Shown here in pieces: positions 27,092 through 36,109 of a stretch of DNA of 64,000 nt (within the stretch, counting starts at the first letter, position 1; each line of letters opens with the position of its first letter). Made by a program: the position numbers and the translations under genes. The notes under the pieces were generated by a model. The model saw nothing but the letters and a program-made list of their open reading frames with translations. It made no database searches and was not told the DNA's origin. The stretch is from an uncultured Blastocatellaceae bacterium (GTDB lineage: Bacteria > Acidobacteriota > Blastocatellia > Pyrinomonadales > Pyrinomonadaceae), in the NCBI GenBank assembly GCA_964548225.1, contig CAZJQP010000005.1, positions 20,453 to 84,452 on the forward strand, in the 5' to 3' direction.

Positions 27092-29878
27092 CTAGCTCAA
27101 CATCTGCTCAACAACGCCGTAACTTGCTTCCAAAGCATCGTTTAATTTGGTTGCATCAGTTCCGCCGCCTTCAGCCATATCGGGTTTGCCGCCGCCGCGT
27201 CCGTTGACGATTGGCGCGATGTTTTTGACGATTTCGCCGGCTTTTACTTTCGCGGTCAAATCATCGGAAACACGGACAATAAACGAAACTTTATCATCTT
27301 CGGCGCGACCGAGAACGACTACGCCGGATTTGATTTTCGCCATCAAAGTATCGGACAGATGCCGCATTCCGCCTTTGTCCAAGCCTTCGACGATTTTGGC
27401 GATGACTTTTATGCCGTTGATGTCTTTCGCTTCGTCGCCATTCGATGAAGAATTTCCAATCGCGCCGGTGGCGATTTTCATTTTCAGTTCGTCGTTTTCT
27501 TTGCGGATTTTCTTTAATTCTTCCTGCAATTTTTCAATCGCGTTCGGCAAATTGTCGCGTTGTGCTTTGGCAATTTGGACGGCTTCGGCAATCAATTTTT
27601 CATCTTCACGAAATCTTTCAAACGCATCAAAGCCCGTAATTGCGCGGATTCGGCGCACGCCCGACGCGATTGCTTCATCGCTCGTGATTTTAAATGAGCC
27701 GATGTCACCCGTGGCGCGAACGTGCGTTCCGCCACACAATTCACGCGAAAACTCGCCGCCGCCGACCGATAAAACTCGCACATTTGAGCCGTATTTTTCG
27801 CCAAACAGCGCAACTGCGCCCGAACGCATCGCGTCTTCAATCGCCATCACGTCGGTATTTACCTTTTCGTTTTTCAAAATTTCACGATTGACCAAATCTT
27901 CAATTTCCTTCAATTCGCTTTCCGAAATCGGCTGATAATGCGTAAAATCAAACCGCAAATAATTCGGTGCAACGACCGAACCGGCTTGTTTGACGTGCGT
28001 TCCCAAAACTTCCTTCAAAGCCGCGTGAACCAGATGCGTCGCCGTATGATTCCGCCGCGTCGCATCGCGTTTTGCAACGTCAACTGTCGCCGTAACTTCA
28101 TCACCGACGCGAATTACGCCTTTTTCAACTTTAGATTTATGCAAAACTATTCCCGCAATCGGCGCAAAAGTATCGAGGACGCGAACCGACAACGGATTTT
28201 CCGAATCTTGAATCTTGAATCTTGAATTTTGAATTGCCCCAACATCGCCGACTTGTCCGCCCGCTTCGGCATAAAACGGCGTTTCGTCCAAAACAATCAA
28301 ACCTTCGTCGCCAACATCGAGCGCGTCAACCCGTTCATCATTTTTCACCAAAGCCAAAACCTTCGCGCCTTCGACTTCCGTTTTGTCGTAGCCGTGAAAA
28401 TTTGAGCGCACGGAAGTTCTTTCCAAAGCCGTGTAAATCGGATTGATTTTTTCTGCTTGTTTGGTTTTGCCAATTTCAGAGGTTTGTTGAAGTTTTTTCT
28501 TTTCAGCTTCAATGATTTCTTTGAACCCTTCTTCGCTTAAATCGCTAACATATCTTGAATTTAGAGTATTTTCATCAATTATTTCTTTATCCTGCAAAAC
28601 CACATACATTAAATCAATAGGAGTTCCATAAGTATCGTTTAAAATAGCAAGTTCCTTTGTAGAAACTTCAATTACTGGAAAGTCTGCTATTGTCCATTTG
28701 TTTTTACTTCCTTTTATCAGTTCATCCAATTTCTTCAATCCAACCGTCATCGTATTACTAAATCTTTCTTCCTCAAGCCGCACCATTTTGCCGATGAAAT
28801 CGCGTTGGGTTTCGAGTTCGGGAAAGGCATCTTTCATCAAATCAATGACGAAATCGCAGACTTTGTGAAAAAACAAAGTTTCAAAACCGAGATGTTCGCG
28901 CCCGTGATAGATGGCGCGGCGCATAATTTTCCGAAGGACGTAATTTCTGCCTTCGTTGCCGGGCAAAATTCCGTCGCAAATGGCAAACGCGGTCGAACGT
29001 GCGTGGTCGGCGACGACGCGCATTGCAAAACCGCTCTGCGTTTCGGCTTCGTAAAATCTTTCGGCGAGTTCGGCGGTTTTATTGATAATCGGCTTGATTA
29101 AATCCGTTTCGTAGTTGGTTGAAACGCCTTGCAAAACTGCCGCCATTCGTTCCAAACCTGCGCCCGTGTCAACCGACGGCGCGGGCAGAGGTGTGAGTTC
29201 AAAAACACCTTTTTCAACTTCATTTCGCTCGAATTGCATAAAGACGAGATTCCAGATTTCCATTGTCGTATCGCCTTCGCCGTTGACGTATTTCGGATGA
29301 TTTTTTTCCGCATTTTCGGGTTCATCGCCCATATAATAATGGATTTCCGAACACGGTCCGCACGGTCCGGTGTCGCCCATCTGCCAGAAATTATCTTTGC
29401 GTCCGAAAGGCAAAACACGGTCAGGTTTTGCGCCGACTTTAATCCATAAATCTCGCGCTTCTTCGTCTGCCGGAACTTCCGCGTCGCCGCCGAAATATGA
29501 AAACCAAAGGCGCGATTCTTCCAAACCAAGCTCATTGACGAGAAAATCCCACGCGAATTTTATGGCATCTTCCTTGAAATAATCGCCGAAACTGAAATTG
29601 CCGAGCATTTCAAAAAAAGTATGATGACGCGCCGTTTTGCCAACTTCGTCCAAATCGTTGTGTTTGCCGCCCGCACGGATACATTTTTGCGACGAAACGG
29701 CGCGTTTATAATCGCGTTTTTCCACGCCCGTGAAAACGTCTTTGAACTGATTCATTCCCGCGTTGGTGAACAAAAGCGTCGGGTCGTTTGCCGGTAAAAG
29801 TGGTGATGAATGGACTACTTTATGTCCGTTTTTCTCAAAATATTCTAAAAATTTCTGTCTAATTTCACTACCTTTCAT
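27092..29878 (-). CDS. alaS: Alanine--tRNA ligase (start taken at MKGSEIRQKF; a GTG at 29923 is possible)
   Basis: N-terminal FLEYFEKNGHKVVHSSPLLPANDPTLLFTNAGMNQFKD. Editing-domain HxxxH...CGGTH motifs. C-terminal DHHA1-like region. Confidence 0.9.
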   Translation of the reverse strand: MKGSEIRQKFLEYFEKNGHKVVHSSPLLPANDPTLLFTNAGMNQFKDVFTGVEKRDYKRAVSSQKCIRAGGKHNDLDEVGKTARHHTFFEMLGNFSFGDYFKEDAIKFAWDFLVNELGLEESRLWFSYFGGDAEVPADEEARDLWIKVGAKPDRVLPFGRKDNFWQMGDTGPCGPCSEIHYYMGDEPENAEKNHPKYVNGEGDTTMEIWNLVFMQFERNEVEKGVFELTPLPAPSVDTGAGLERMAAVLQGVSTNYETDLIKPIINKTAELAERFYEAETQSGFAMRVVADHARSTAFAICDGILPGNEGRNYVLRKIMRRAIYHGREHLGFETLFFHKVCDFVIDLMKDAFPELETQRDFIGKMVRLEEERFSNTMTVGLKKLDELIKGSKNKWTIADFPVIEVSTKELAILNDTYGTPIDLMYVVLQDKEIIDENTLNSRYVSDLSEEGFKEIIEAEKKKLQQTSEIGKTKQAEKINPIYTALERTSVRSNFHGYDKTEVEGAKVLALVKNDERVDALDVGDEGLIVLDETPFYAEAGGQVGDVGAIQNSRFKIQDSENPLSVRVLDTFAPIAGIVLHKSKVEKGVIRVGDEVTATVDVAKRDATRRNHTATHLVHAALKEVLGTHVKQAGSVVAPNYLRFDFTHYQPISESELKEIEDLVNREILKNEKVNTDVMAIEDAMRSGAVALFGEKYGSNVRVLSVGGGEFSRELCGGTHVRATGDIGSFKITSDEAIASGVRRIRAITGFDAFERFREDEKLIAEAVQIAKAQRDNLPNAIEKLQEELKKIRKENDELKMKIATGAIGNSSSNGDEAKDINGIKVIAKIVEGLDKGGMRHLSDTLMAKIKSGVVVLGRAEDDKVSFIVRVSDDLTAKVKAGEIVKNIAPIVNGRGGGKPDMAEGGGTDATKLNDALEASYGVVEQMLS
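28196..28236 (-). repeat. Heptanucleotide tandem repeat (ATTCAAG/ATTCAAA units, a variant of CCAAAAT) inside alaS, encoding IQNSRFKIQDS
   Basis: gaatcttgaatcttgaatcttgaattttgaatt on the + strand, that is (TTCAAGA)n on the coding strand. Confidence 0.8.
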
Positions 29879-29989
29879 ATAAGTTGAAAAATTCCCTATC
29901 AAATCAAAAAGTGATTTTATCACGAATGCGCGTGATTACCGAAATTTTCAAAAATGAGTTAAATTATCAATAAAAAAAGGAGAAAATTT

Positions 29990-30757
29990 ATGACACAGGC
30001 AAAAACGGCATCGGTTAAAGAAATGGTTTCGGCGGAAGAATGGCAAACTCGTGTCGAATTAGCGGCGGCTTATCGCTTAGTTGCGCTTTACGGTTGGGAC
30101 GACCTTGTTTTTACGCATATTTCGGCGCGTGTGCCGGGAACAAGCAACGAATTTTTGATAAATCCTTACGGATTTTTGTTTGACGAAATCACGGCTTCGA
30201 GTCTTGTCAAAATTGATTTGCAAGGAAATAAATTGCTCGAATCGCCGTATTTTATTAATCCCGCGGGTTTTACGATTCACAGCGCGATTCACGCCGCAAG
30301 GCACGATGTCGAATGCGTTTTTCATATTCATTCGCTTCACGGCGTTGCGGTTTCGGCGCAAGAGAACGGGCTTTTGCCGATTTCGCAACAATCAATTTTT
30401 CCGCTCTCAAATCTCGCCTATCACGATTACGAAGGCGTTGCGCTCAACGAAGACGAAAAACCGCGACTCGTGGCGGATTTAGGCACAAATAATTTTCTAA
30501 TCTTGCGAAATCACGGACTTTTGACCTGCGGAAGAAACGCGGCGGAAGCGTTTTTGTTTATGTATATTTTGGAAAGCGCGTGTCGGATTCAGATTTTGGC
30601 GCAGTCGGGCGGAAACGATTTAATTTCCGTTCCCGCGCCGATTATCGCCGGAGCAAAAGCGCAAGTCGAAGCCGTAACAAAAGGAATGAGCGCGGATTTG
30701 GTTTTTCCGGCACTGCTCAGGAAATTGGATAAAATTGACGATTCGTATAAAAATTGA
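29990..30757 (+). CDS. Class II aldolase/adducin family protein
   Basis: VFTHISARVP... and His-rich metal-site motifs IHSAIHAARHDVECVFHIHS. Confidence 0.75.
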   Translation: MTQAKTASVKEMVSAEEWQTRVELAAAYRLVALYGWDDLVFTHISARVPGTSNEFLINPYGFLFDEITASSLVKIDLQGNKLLESPYFINPAGFTIHSAIHAARHDVECVFHIHSLHGVAVSAQENGLLPISQQSIFPLSNLAYHDYEGVALNEDEKPRLVADLGTNNFLILRNHGLLTCGRNAAEAFLFMYILESACRIQILAQSGGNDLISVPAPIIAGAKAQVEAVTKGMSADLVFPALLRKLDKIDDSYKN

Positions 30758-30907
30758 CTGGATCGCAAGCGGCTCGATTGCAAGATTGCGAAGCGTTTCG
30801 CGTAGCAATGCTAAAGGCTTTGGCGTAGAAATTAACTTGATTTCTACGCCAACATTGCAACATGGCTGAAAAACGCGATTTTGCAATCAAGCCGATTGTG
30901 ATCCAGT
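30757..30907. repeat. Intergenic element bounded by about 35-bp imperfect terminal inverted repeats (GACTGGATCGCAAGCGG...GATTGCAAGATTGCG), with an inner perfect hairpin GGCGTAGAAAT-TAACTT-GATTTCTACGCC; it fills the whole space between the convergent aldolase and flotillin genes
   Basis: The arms abut the two stop codons. Inner 11-bp stem at 30822-30850. Confidence 0.5.
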
Positions 30908-30908
30908 C

Positions 30909-33092
30909 TTAGCTTTTATCGCCGTTATTGCCGTTCTTTATTTGTTCCTTAAACAAATTCAAAAGCAACAAAGTTCCAAGTCCGCCGCCGCCTTCGCCGT
31001 TGCCGCCGGTAGCGAGAATGTCGGGCGTGATGCGAACGCCTTTTTCGCCGATAACTTTTAAGGTTTCAACGATTGCCACGCCGTTTGAGCCGAGCGCGTT
31101 GACTTGTTCTTTGTATGCAACGCCTTGCGCTTCGCCGATGAGACGCATTTTTTCGGCTTCGGCTTTACCCGTCGAAGAAATGTAATACGCTTCGCCGTCC
31201 GCTTCGCGCTGGCGTTGCTCACTTCGTTTAGCAGAAATCTCCACACCGACGGTCGCTTCCATCAAATTCTTTTGATTATCGGCGTGTGCGCGAGTCTTTT
31301 CGAGTTCGATGCGTTTCGTTTCGGCTTCACGTTGTGCGTCAAACATAGATTGTTTCTGTTCTGCCAAGATTTTTTCCGTCTGCGTTTTCATCAATTCTTC
31401 AGGCAGATGAATGTGGCAAATCAAAACATTGACGACATCAACGTGATATTTCAAAAGGTGCATTCTGACTCTTGCTTCGGCGCGTTCCTGCTCTTCGTGC
31501 CGATTTTGCAGATAAGCCATCGCCGAACTTTCCGATGCTTGATTTCTAAAAATCGAGTCAATCAAAGGATGCATCACGTTTTGAATCAATTTTTCGGTGC
31601 TTCCGATTTTCGCCACCATAAACGGCGCGTCTTCGGGTTTGACGCGAAAGACAACGCGAACTTCGAGTTGCATCGTAAAACCGTCTTTGGAAATCACCGC
31701 AAACGGGTCGAACGATTTCGAGATATTTTCTGCTGTCCATTCGACAGTCATATTCGTCGTCGGAATAATAATCGGTGTGGTTGCCAAAGTGTTGACGTAA
31801 TATTTTCCCGGTCCGACGACTGATTCCTGAATGCCGCGATAACCTTCCGGCACAACGTAAGCCTCGTGCGCTCCTTGGTCAAGTCTTCTATCCGTCGGGT
31901 CGCCGTCGGCTTGAAGTTCGGCTTTGATTTCTTCAATCGAAGTTTCGTCGCCATCAACTTTATCAAGCTGTGTCGCGGCGCGGTGAATTTGTTCTTCTTC
32001 TTCGCGTTGAAGTTTTTCACGGATTTTTTGCGCCATCGCTTCGCGGATTTCCGCTGACGGGTCTTTGCCGACGTTGGAAACAATTACCGCAACTTCGCCG
32101 GGTTTTACTTCTTTCGCCGTGTCGGGAATGATTTTGAAAACCAACGGATTGATGTAATAAGTTCCGGGAAGAAGAATATCTTTTTGCGGTCCGCGCTGTC
32201 CGCCGTTTGAAATAAAGGTATTTGAATCTTGAAAATTATCGTGTCCTTCGACAGGTTGCGCGACATAATCTCGCGGATTAAGCGGCGCACCATCAAGAGC
32301 TTCGACCAAGCCGATTTGATTTTCCGTAATCATCGTCGCATCAAAAAGCCGCACGGTAAAAAGTCCGGGCTGAATGTCGTTCGCATTATCAATCCGATAA
32401 GACTGGGTGTGAATACGATAAGTTCCGGGCGTAATGATTTCGACTTGTGGACCTTTCTGACCGCCGTTGCCGATAAAAATTTCCGCGTCCTGAAAGTTTT
32501 TATGATTCATAATCGCCTTGCCGTGCAGACGACCTTGGTCAAGCGGCGCACCGTCCGCAGACGTAATAACGCCGACTTTTCCCGGCGGAATAACCGTCGC
32601 TTTGGCAATCGAAACATTGAACAAATAAGGATGAATCGCCCATTTTCCCGGCGGCAAAGTTCTTAACTGAATACCTTTCACGCCGCCTTGTTTGATGTAG
32701 GCAATCGGGTCTTGGAAATTATTATGCGCGTTTTGTGCGCGGTCGGGCGCGAAAATTCTGCCCGTCGGCATCGGTTCGCCGTCAATCGCTTCAATCACGC
32801 CGAGTTCATCCGCGCCGATTTCGACGAGCGGCACTTTTTGAATCACGCGCTCAATCGGATACATTACAAAATGCAGTCCGGGTTTTAGCACGTCGGCTTG
32901 AACCCCGACTTCGCCATCTGTTGCAACCACACGACCTTGCGCCATTCTGCGCCCGAAATAGCGGCGTTCTTTTATGCCGACTTCCTTCGCGCCAATGTTC
33001 ACCAAAAAGCGCGTAACAATATACCAAACAACGCCTAAACCAATCAGCGTAATCAGACCAACAATGACCAAAGCAAATAAATTCTGTTCCAT
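30909..33092 (-). CDS. Flotillin-like SPFH/band-7 protein with an N-terminal TM helix, three internal repeat modules of about 95 aa, an SPFH domain and a flotillin coiled-coil tail
   Basis: TM LFALVIVGLITLIGLGVVWYIV. Three copies of ...H(D/K)NFQD...FI(S/G)NGGQ(R/K)GPQ...PGTY.I.P. C-terminal flotillin-type EA-rich repeats and GGGLGTLLLLNLF. Confidence 0.75.
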   Translation of the reverse strand: MEQNLFALVIVGLITLIGLGVVWYIVTRFLVNIGAKEVGIKERRYFGRRMAQGRVVATDGEVGVQADVLKPGLHFVMYPIERVIQKVPLVEIGADELGVIEAIDGEPMPTGRIFAPDRAQNAHNNFQDPIAYIKQGGVKGIQLRTLPPGKWAIHPYLFNVSIAKATVIPPGKVGVITSADGAPLDQGRLHGKAIMNHKNFQDAEIFIGNGGQKGPQVEIITPGTYRIHTQSYRIDNANDIQPGLFTVRLFDATMITENQIGLVEALDGAPLNPRDYVAQPVEGHDNFQDSNTFISNGGQRGPQKDILLPGTYYINPLVFKIIPDTAKEVKPGEVAVIVSNVGKDPSAEIREAMAQKIREKLQREEEEQIHRAATQLDKVDGDETSIEEIKAELQADGDPTDRRLDQGAHEAYVVPEGYRGIQESVVGPGKYYVNTLATTPIIIPTTNMTVEWTAENISKSFDPFAVISKDGFTMQLEVRVVFRVKPEDAPFMVAKIGSTEKLIQNVMHPLIDSIFRNQASESSAMAYLQNRHEEQERAEARVRMHLLKYHVDVVNVLICHIHLPEELMKTQTEKILAEQKQSMFDAQREAETKRIELEKTRAHADNQKNLMEATVGVEISAKRSEQRQREADGEAYYISSTGKAEAEKMRLIGEAQGVAYKEQVNALGSNGVAIVETLKVIGEKGVRITPDILATGGNGEGGGGLGTLLLLNLFKEQIKNGNNGDKS

Positions 33093-33116
33093 TTTTTTTC
33101 CTCAAATGCGTGCAGA

Positions 33117-33686
33117 TTATTTTTTGTTTGAAGACTTTCGGCGCAAATCTGCAATCTCTTGGCGCAAACCAAAAGAAACGCCCCAAGTCCTTTGTTCACT
33201 TGGAAGAAGCCAAAAATGGCTTTCCAGAACGTCCGCCAAATCATCAGCGGATAAATCGTTGATTTTTTTCGCTCTCCAAAATTCCAAAATCCGGCTTGTA
33301 ATCCGAAAATAGATTTCTCCGCATTCGCTTTGCGATGCTAAGTAAAGAAGCTCAATCGTATTTTTTCGACTTGGCGAGTTTTGCCAAACCGCTAAAAATT
33401 GATTTACTTTTTCCTCTTTTTCCGTTGCAATTTGTTTCAGATTTTCGCGTTTTTCAGCTTCGAGTCGGGCGCGTTCAAACGCACGAATTTCCGCTTCGTC
33501 GGCTTCAAAAAGCGAACGATAGACAGGCGATTCGAGTTTTTCGGGATAATTTGTAGAAAGATTGCGGCGGTTTTTCGAGACTTTCAGCAAAACCGCGATA
33601 GAAACAGCAGCCGCAAAAACGACTAAAACTGCAAGAAGGAAGAGCATTTTGCCCAAGCAACCGCTTCGGACTTTCAAATAAAACAC
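33117..33686 (-). CDS. Membrane-anchored hypothetical protein, co-oriented downstream of the flotillin gene
   Basis: N-terminal TM MLFLLAVLVVFAAAVSIAVLL followed by a charged coiled-coil-like region. Confidence 0.5.
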   Translation of the reverse strand: MFYLKVRSGCLGKMLFLLAVLVVFAAAVSIAVLLKVSKNRRNLSTNYPEKLESPVYRSLFEADEAEIRAFERARLEAEKRENLKQIATEKEEKVNQFLAVWQNSPSRKNTIELLYLASQSECGEIYFRITSRILEFWRAKKINDLSADDLADVLESHFWLLPSEQRTWGVSFGLRQEIADLRRKSSNKK

Positions 33687-33739
33687 CTTCCGAGCGTTGC
33701 CCTCGTAAAAAATAATACGCTCAAAATATAATCCAAGTT

Positions 33740-34084
33740 CTAAATTTCTTCAACTATCGAAATTCCTTTTGAAAAATCCTTGCAAGTCCATTTCCATTTC
33801 TCGTGCAGAAGAATTTTTCCGTTCGGTAAAACTTCCGGTATTGAAGAACATTGTCCGGTCATCAATTCGCCTTGCAAATTCAAATGCTGATAGCAAAATT
33901 CGAGCGAATCATCATCTAAGACTTTCCCGACAATCTGTCCGAAAACAATCGCGCCACCTTTATATTCTGCCCAAACGAGCGCGTCTTTCTGATGATAAAA
34001 AAAGCGCGTTTCGTCCGAAACTTCGCCGGTTTCCGAGTTTGAAACGGATTTGAAAATGCGTTTGTCGTAGTTGATTTTAGTCAT
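33740..34084 (-). CDS. Small hypothetical protein
   Basis: 4-nt overlap (ATGA) with the upstream SUKH-like gene. No motif recognised. Confidence 0.45.
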   Translation of the reverse strand: MTKINYDKRIFKSVSNSETGEVSDETRFFYHQKDALVWAEYKGGAIVFGQIVGKVLDDDSLEFCYQHLNLQGELMTGQCSSIPEVLPNGKILLHEKWKWTCKDFSKGISIVEEI

Positions 34085-34617
34085 TTAATGTTTGATATAA
34101 TTTCGGCTAATCCTTTCATATCGTTTAATACAAATTCCGTAAAAGTGCCGACAATTTTCGGCGGTTCTGTTTCGCTTGATTCCGCAAAAAGCCAAACGGA
34201 CGGATTTTCGCTTTCTTTCGGAAGTTCAAACCAAGCCGCGACATAGCCTTGATGTGAAAAAAACACGAGATAATTTTGTGGCAAAGCGAAATCAATTTCG
34301 TTTTCTGCAAGCAATTCGGGAAGATATTTTGTGTTTTCGACGGCATCATCAATAAAATACTCGCTTCCCACAAAAATTCCGGCATAATCTTTGCCCATAA
34401 ATCTCAAATATTCTTTGTATGCAAGCGGAAGTTCAAAACCGAAACGATTTTCCAAATCTTCAATTTCAGATTCACGACAACCGCGCGGTTTTCCTTTATA
34501 CGGACGCACGAATTCTTCATAAAACCCAAGTATTTCAGTTAAATATTTGAATTCTAAATTATTCTCCGTCGTAATTTCCTGAAGCAATTTCGCGCATTTT
34601 GTTACTAACCAAATCAT
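34081..34617 (-). CDS. SMI1/KNR4 (SUKH-1) family protein, a family generally acting as polymorphic-toxin immunity proteins; start probably downstream of the annotated Met
   Basis: SEIEDLENRFGFELPLAYKEYLRFMG matches the SUKH-1 signature (sEi..lE..lg..LP.dYk.FL). The annotated start overlaps the recX 3' end by 59 nt. Confidence 0.55.
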   Translation of the reverse strand: MIWLVTKCAKLLQEITTENNLEFKYLTEILGFYEEFVRPYKGKPRGCRESEIEDLENRFGFELPLAYKEYLRFMGKDYAGIFVGSEYFIDDAVENTKYLPELLAENEIDFALPQNYLVFFSHQGYVAAWFELPKESENPSVWLFAESSETEPPKIVGTFTEFVLNDMKGLAEIISNIK

Positions 34618-35119
34618 AAGAAAAACCTTGTCTTAATAAATAATCGTAAAATTTTTTCGCGTCTTCGCGTGTTTCGGGTTTGCCTTTCAAACGCAATCTT
34701 TTCGTGATTGCGCGTTCGATAATTTCTTCTTCGGGGGTTTCTTCCAAAACTTTTTCCAAGGCTTCGGCAACGGTTTCTTTGTCGAGTTTTTTCATCGCTA
34801 ATTTCTGCTTCAAAACGCGCTTGCCGATTGGTTTTTGACGAATCTGCGACGCGGCGAAACTCTTGGCAAATGAAGCGTCGTTCAGATAATTATATTCCTT
34901 TAATTTCTCCAAAACCGCATCCACAATTTCGGGCGTTGTCCAATCTTTTTCGAGCAATCGTGTCCGCAATTCGTTAATCGAACGCGGTTTATATGTCAAT
35001 AAATTCACGGCACGGTCGAAAGTTTTTTGTCTGGCTTTTTCGGGATTTATTTCGCGCTTCGGCTTTTCGTCCGAATCTTCCCTTTGAGGTTTAACGCGCC
35101 AATTTCGTTTTTTGAACAT
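34559..35119 (-). CDS. recX: RecX family regulatory protein (start at MFKKRNW; the MDFGFWILDL extension in the track is a translation of the heptamer repeat)
   Basis: Three-helix repeat pattern ...RAVNLLTYKPRSINELRTRLLEK... typical of RecX. Confidence 0.65.
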   Translation of the reverse strand: MFKKRNWRVKPQREDSDEKPKREINPEKARQKTFDRAVNLLTYKPRSINELRTRLLEKDWTTPEIVDAVLEKLKEYNYLNDASFAKSFAASQIRQKPIGKRVLKQKLAMKKLDKETVAEALEKVLEETPEEEIIERAITKRLRLKGKPETREDAKKFYDYLLRQGFSYDLVSNKMREIASGNYDGE

Positions 35120-35164
35120 AGAGAGATTTTCCCGCAAAGAGGCAAAGAACGCAAAGCGGACTTG

Positions 35165-35197
35165 CAAATCCAAAATCCAAAATCCAAAATCCAAAAT
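35165..35197 (+). repeat. (CCAAAAT)n heptanucleotide tandem repeat (about 4.5 units) in the recX/truB divergent region, ending exactly at the truB ATG
   Basis: aaatccaaaatccaaaatccaaaatccaaaatATG. There is no separate SD sequence. Confidence 0.9.
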
Positions 35198-36106
35198 ATG
35201 TTTGACGGAATTCTAATTATTGATAAACCCGAAGGAATTACCTCACACGATGTTGTTGCAAAATGTCGGCGAATTTTGCGGACAAAAAAAATCGGACACA
35301 CGGGAACGCTCGACCCGTTTGCGACAGGCGTGGTCGTGATTTTAGTCGGAAAAGCGACAAGACTTGCACAATTTTTAGATAAAGACGTGAAAGAATATCT
35401 CGCAACGGTAAAATTAGGTTTTGAAACCGATACGGGCGACCGAACGGGCGTGAAGAAAGAAGGGGAAAAAGAGGGAAAGGGAGAAAAGGAGACTTTTTCG
35501 GTTGATGAGATTGAAAAAGTTTTGAAAGATTTTCGCGGCGAAATCTGGCAAACGCCACCGATGTATTCAGCGAAAAAGGTTAACGGAAAAAAACTTTACG
35601 AACTTGCTCGAAAGGGAATTGAAATCGAACGAAAGCCTATAAAAATCAATATTTACGAACTTGAATTAAAAGAATCATTCAACATTCAGCATTCAACATT
35701 CAGCATTCGCGTTTCATGTTCTGCCGGAACTTATATTCGTGTTTTGGCGGAAGACATTGGGCGAAAATTAAAAATCGGCGCACATCTTGCTGAATTGAGA
35801 CGAATTTGCGCCGGAAAATTTACAATCGAAAACGCCCTGACTTTGGAAGAACTTGAACAAAAAGTTACGGGAAACAAGCTCGAAAATCACATTGTTTCGA
35901 TGAGCAAAGCAATTTCGCATCTTACGGAAATCAAATTAACGCCCGAAGAAATTACCAAAATCAAAAATGGTATAAAGCTCCGAAAAGAATTAAATCAAAC
36001 AAACACTGGCGATTTTTTGCGTCTGACGGACGGCAAAAATCTTTTGGCAATCGGTTTTTATGACGAAGCCGAAAAAACTGTTCAACCGAAGCACGTTTTG
36101 GTGTAG
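35198..36106 (+). CDS. truB: tRNA pseudouridine(55) synthase
   Basis: ILIIDKPEGITSHDVV...KIGHTGTLDPFATGVVVILVGKATR (catalytic Asp) and a PUA-like C-terminus. Also contains a 14-bp x2 tandem repeat (ttcaacattcagca) at about 35684-35711. Confidence 0.9.
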   Translation: MFDGILIIDKPEGITSHDVVAKCRRILRTKKIGHTGTLDPFATGVVVILVGKATRLAQFLDKDVKEYLATVKLGFETDTGDRTGVKKEGEKEGKGEKETFSVDEIEKVLKDFRGEIWQTPPMYSAKKVNGKKLYELARKGIEIERKPIKINIYELELKESFNIQHSTFSIRVSCSAGTYIRVLAEDIGRKLKIGAHLAELRRICAGKFTIENALTLEELEQKVTGNKLENHIVSMSKAISHLTEIKLTPEEITKIKNGIKLRKELNQTNTGDFLRLTDGKNLLAIGFYDEAEKTVQPKHVLV

Positions 36107-36109
36107 AAT

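Noticed and set aside
34559-35194. N-terminal extension MDFGFWILDLQ of recX (and similar FWILDFGFW peptides at 888-1094, 35047-35301 and 49111-49413)
   Set aside because: These are translations of the (CCAAAAT)n repeat on the opposite strand. recX more plausibly starts at MFKKRNW.
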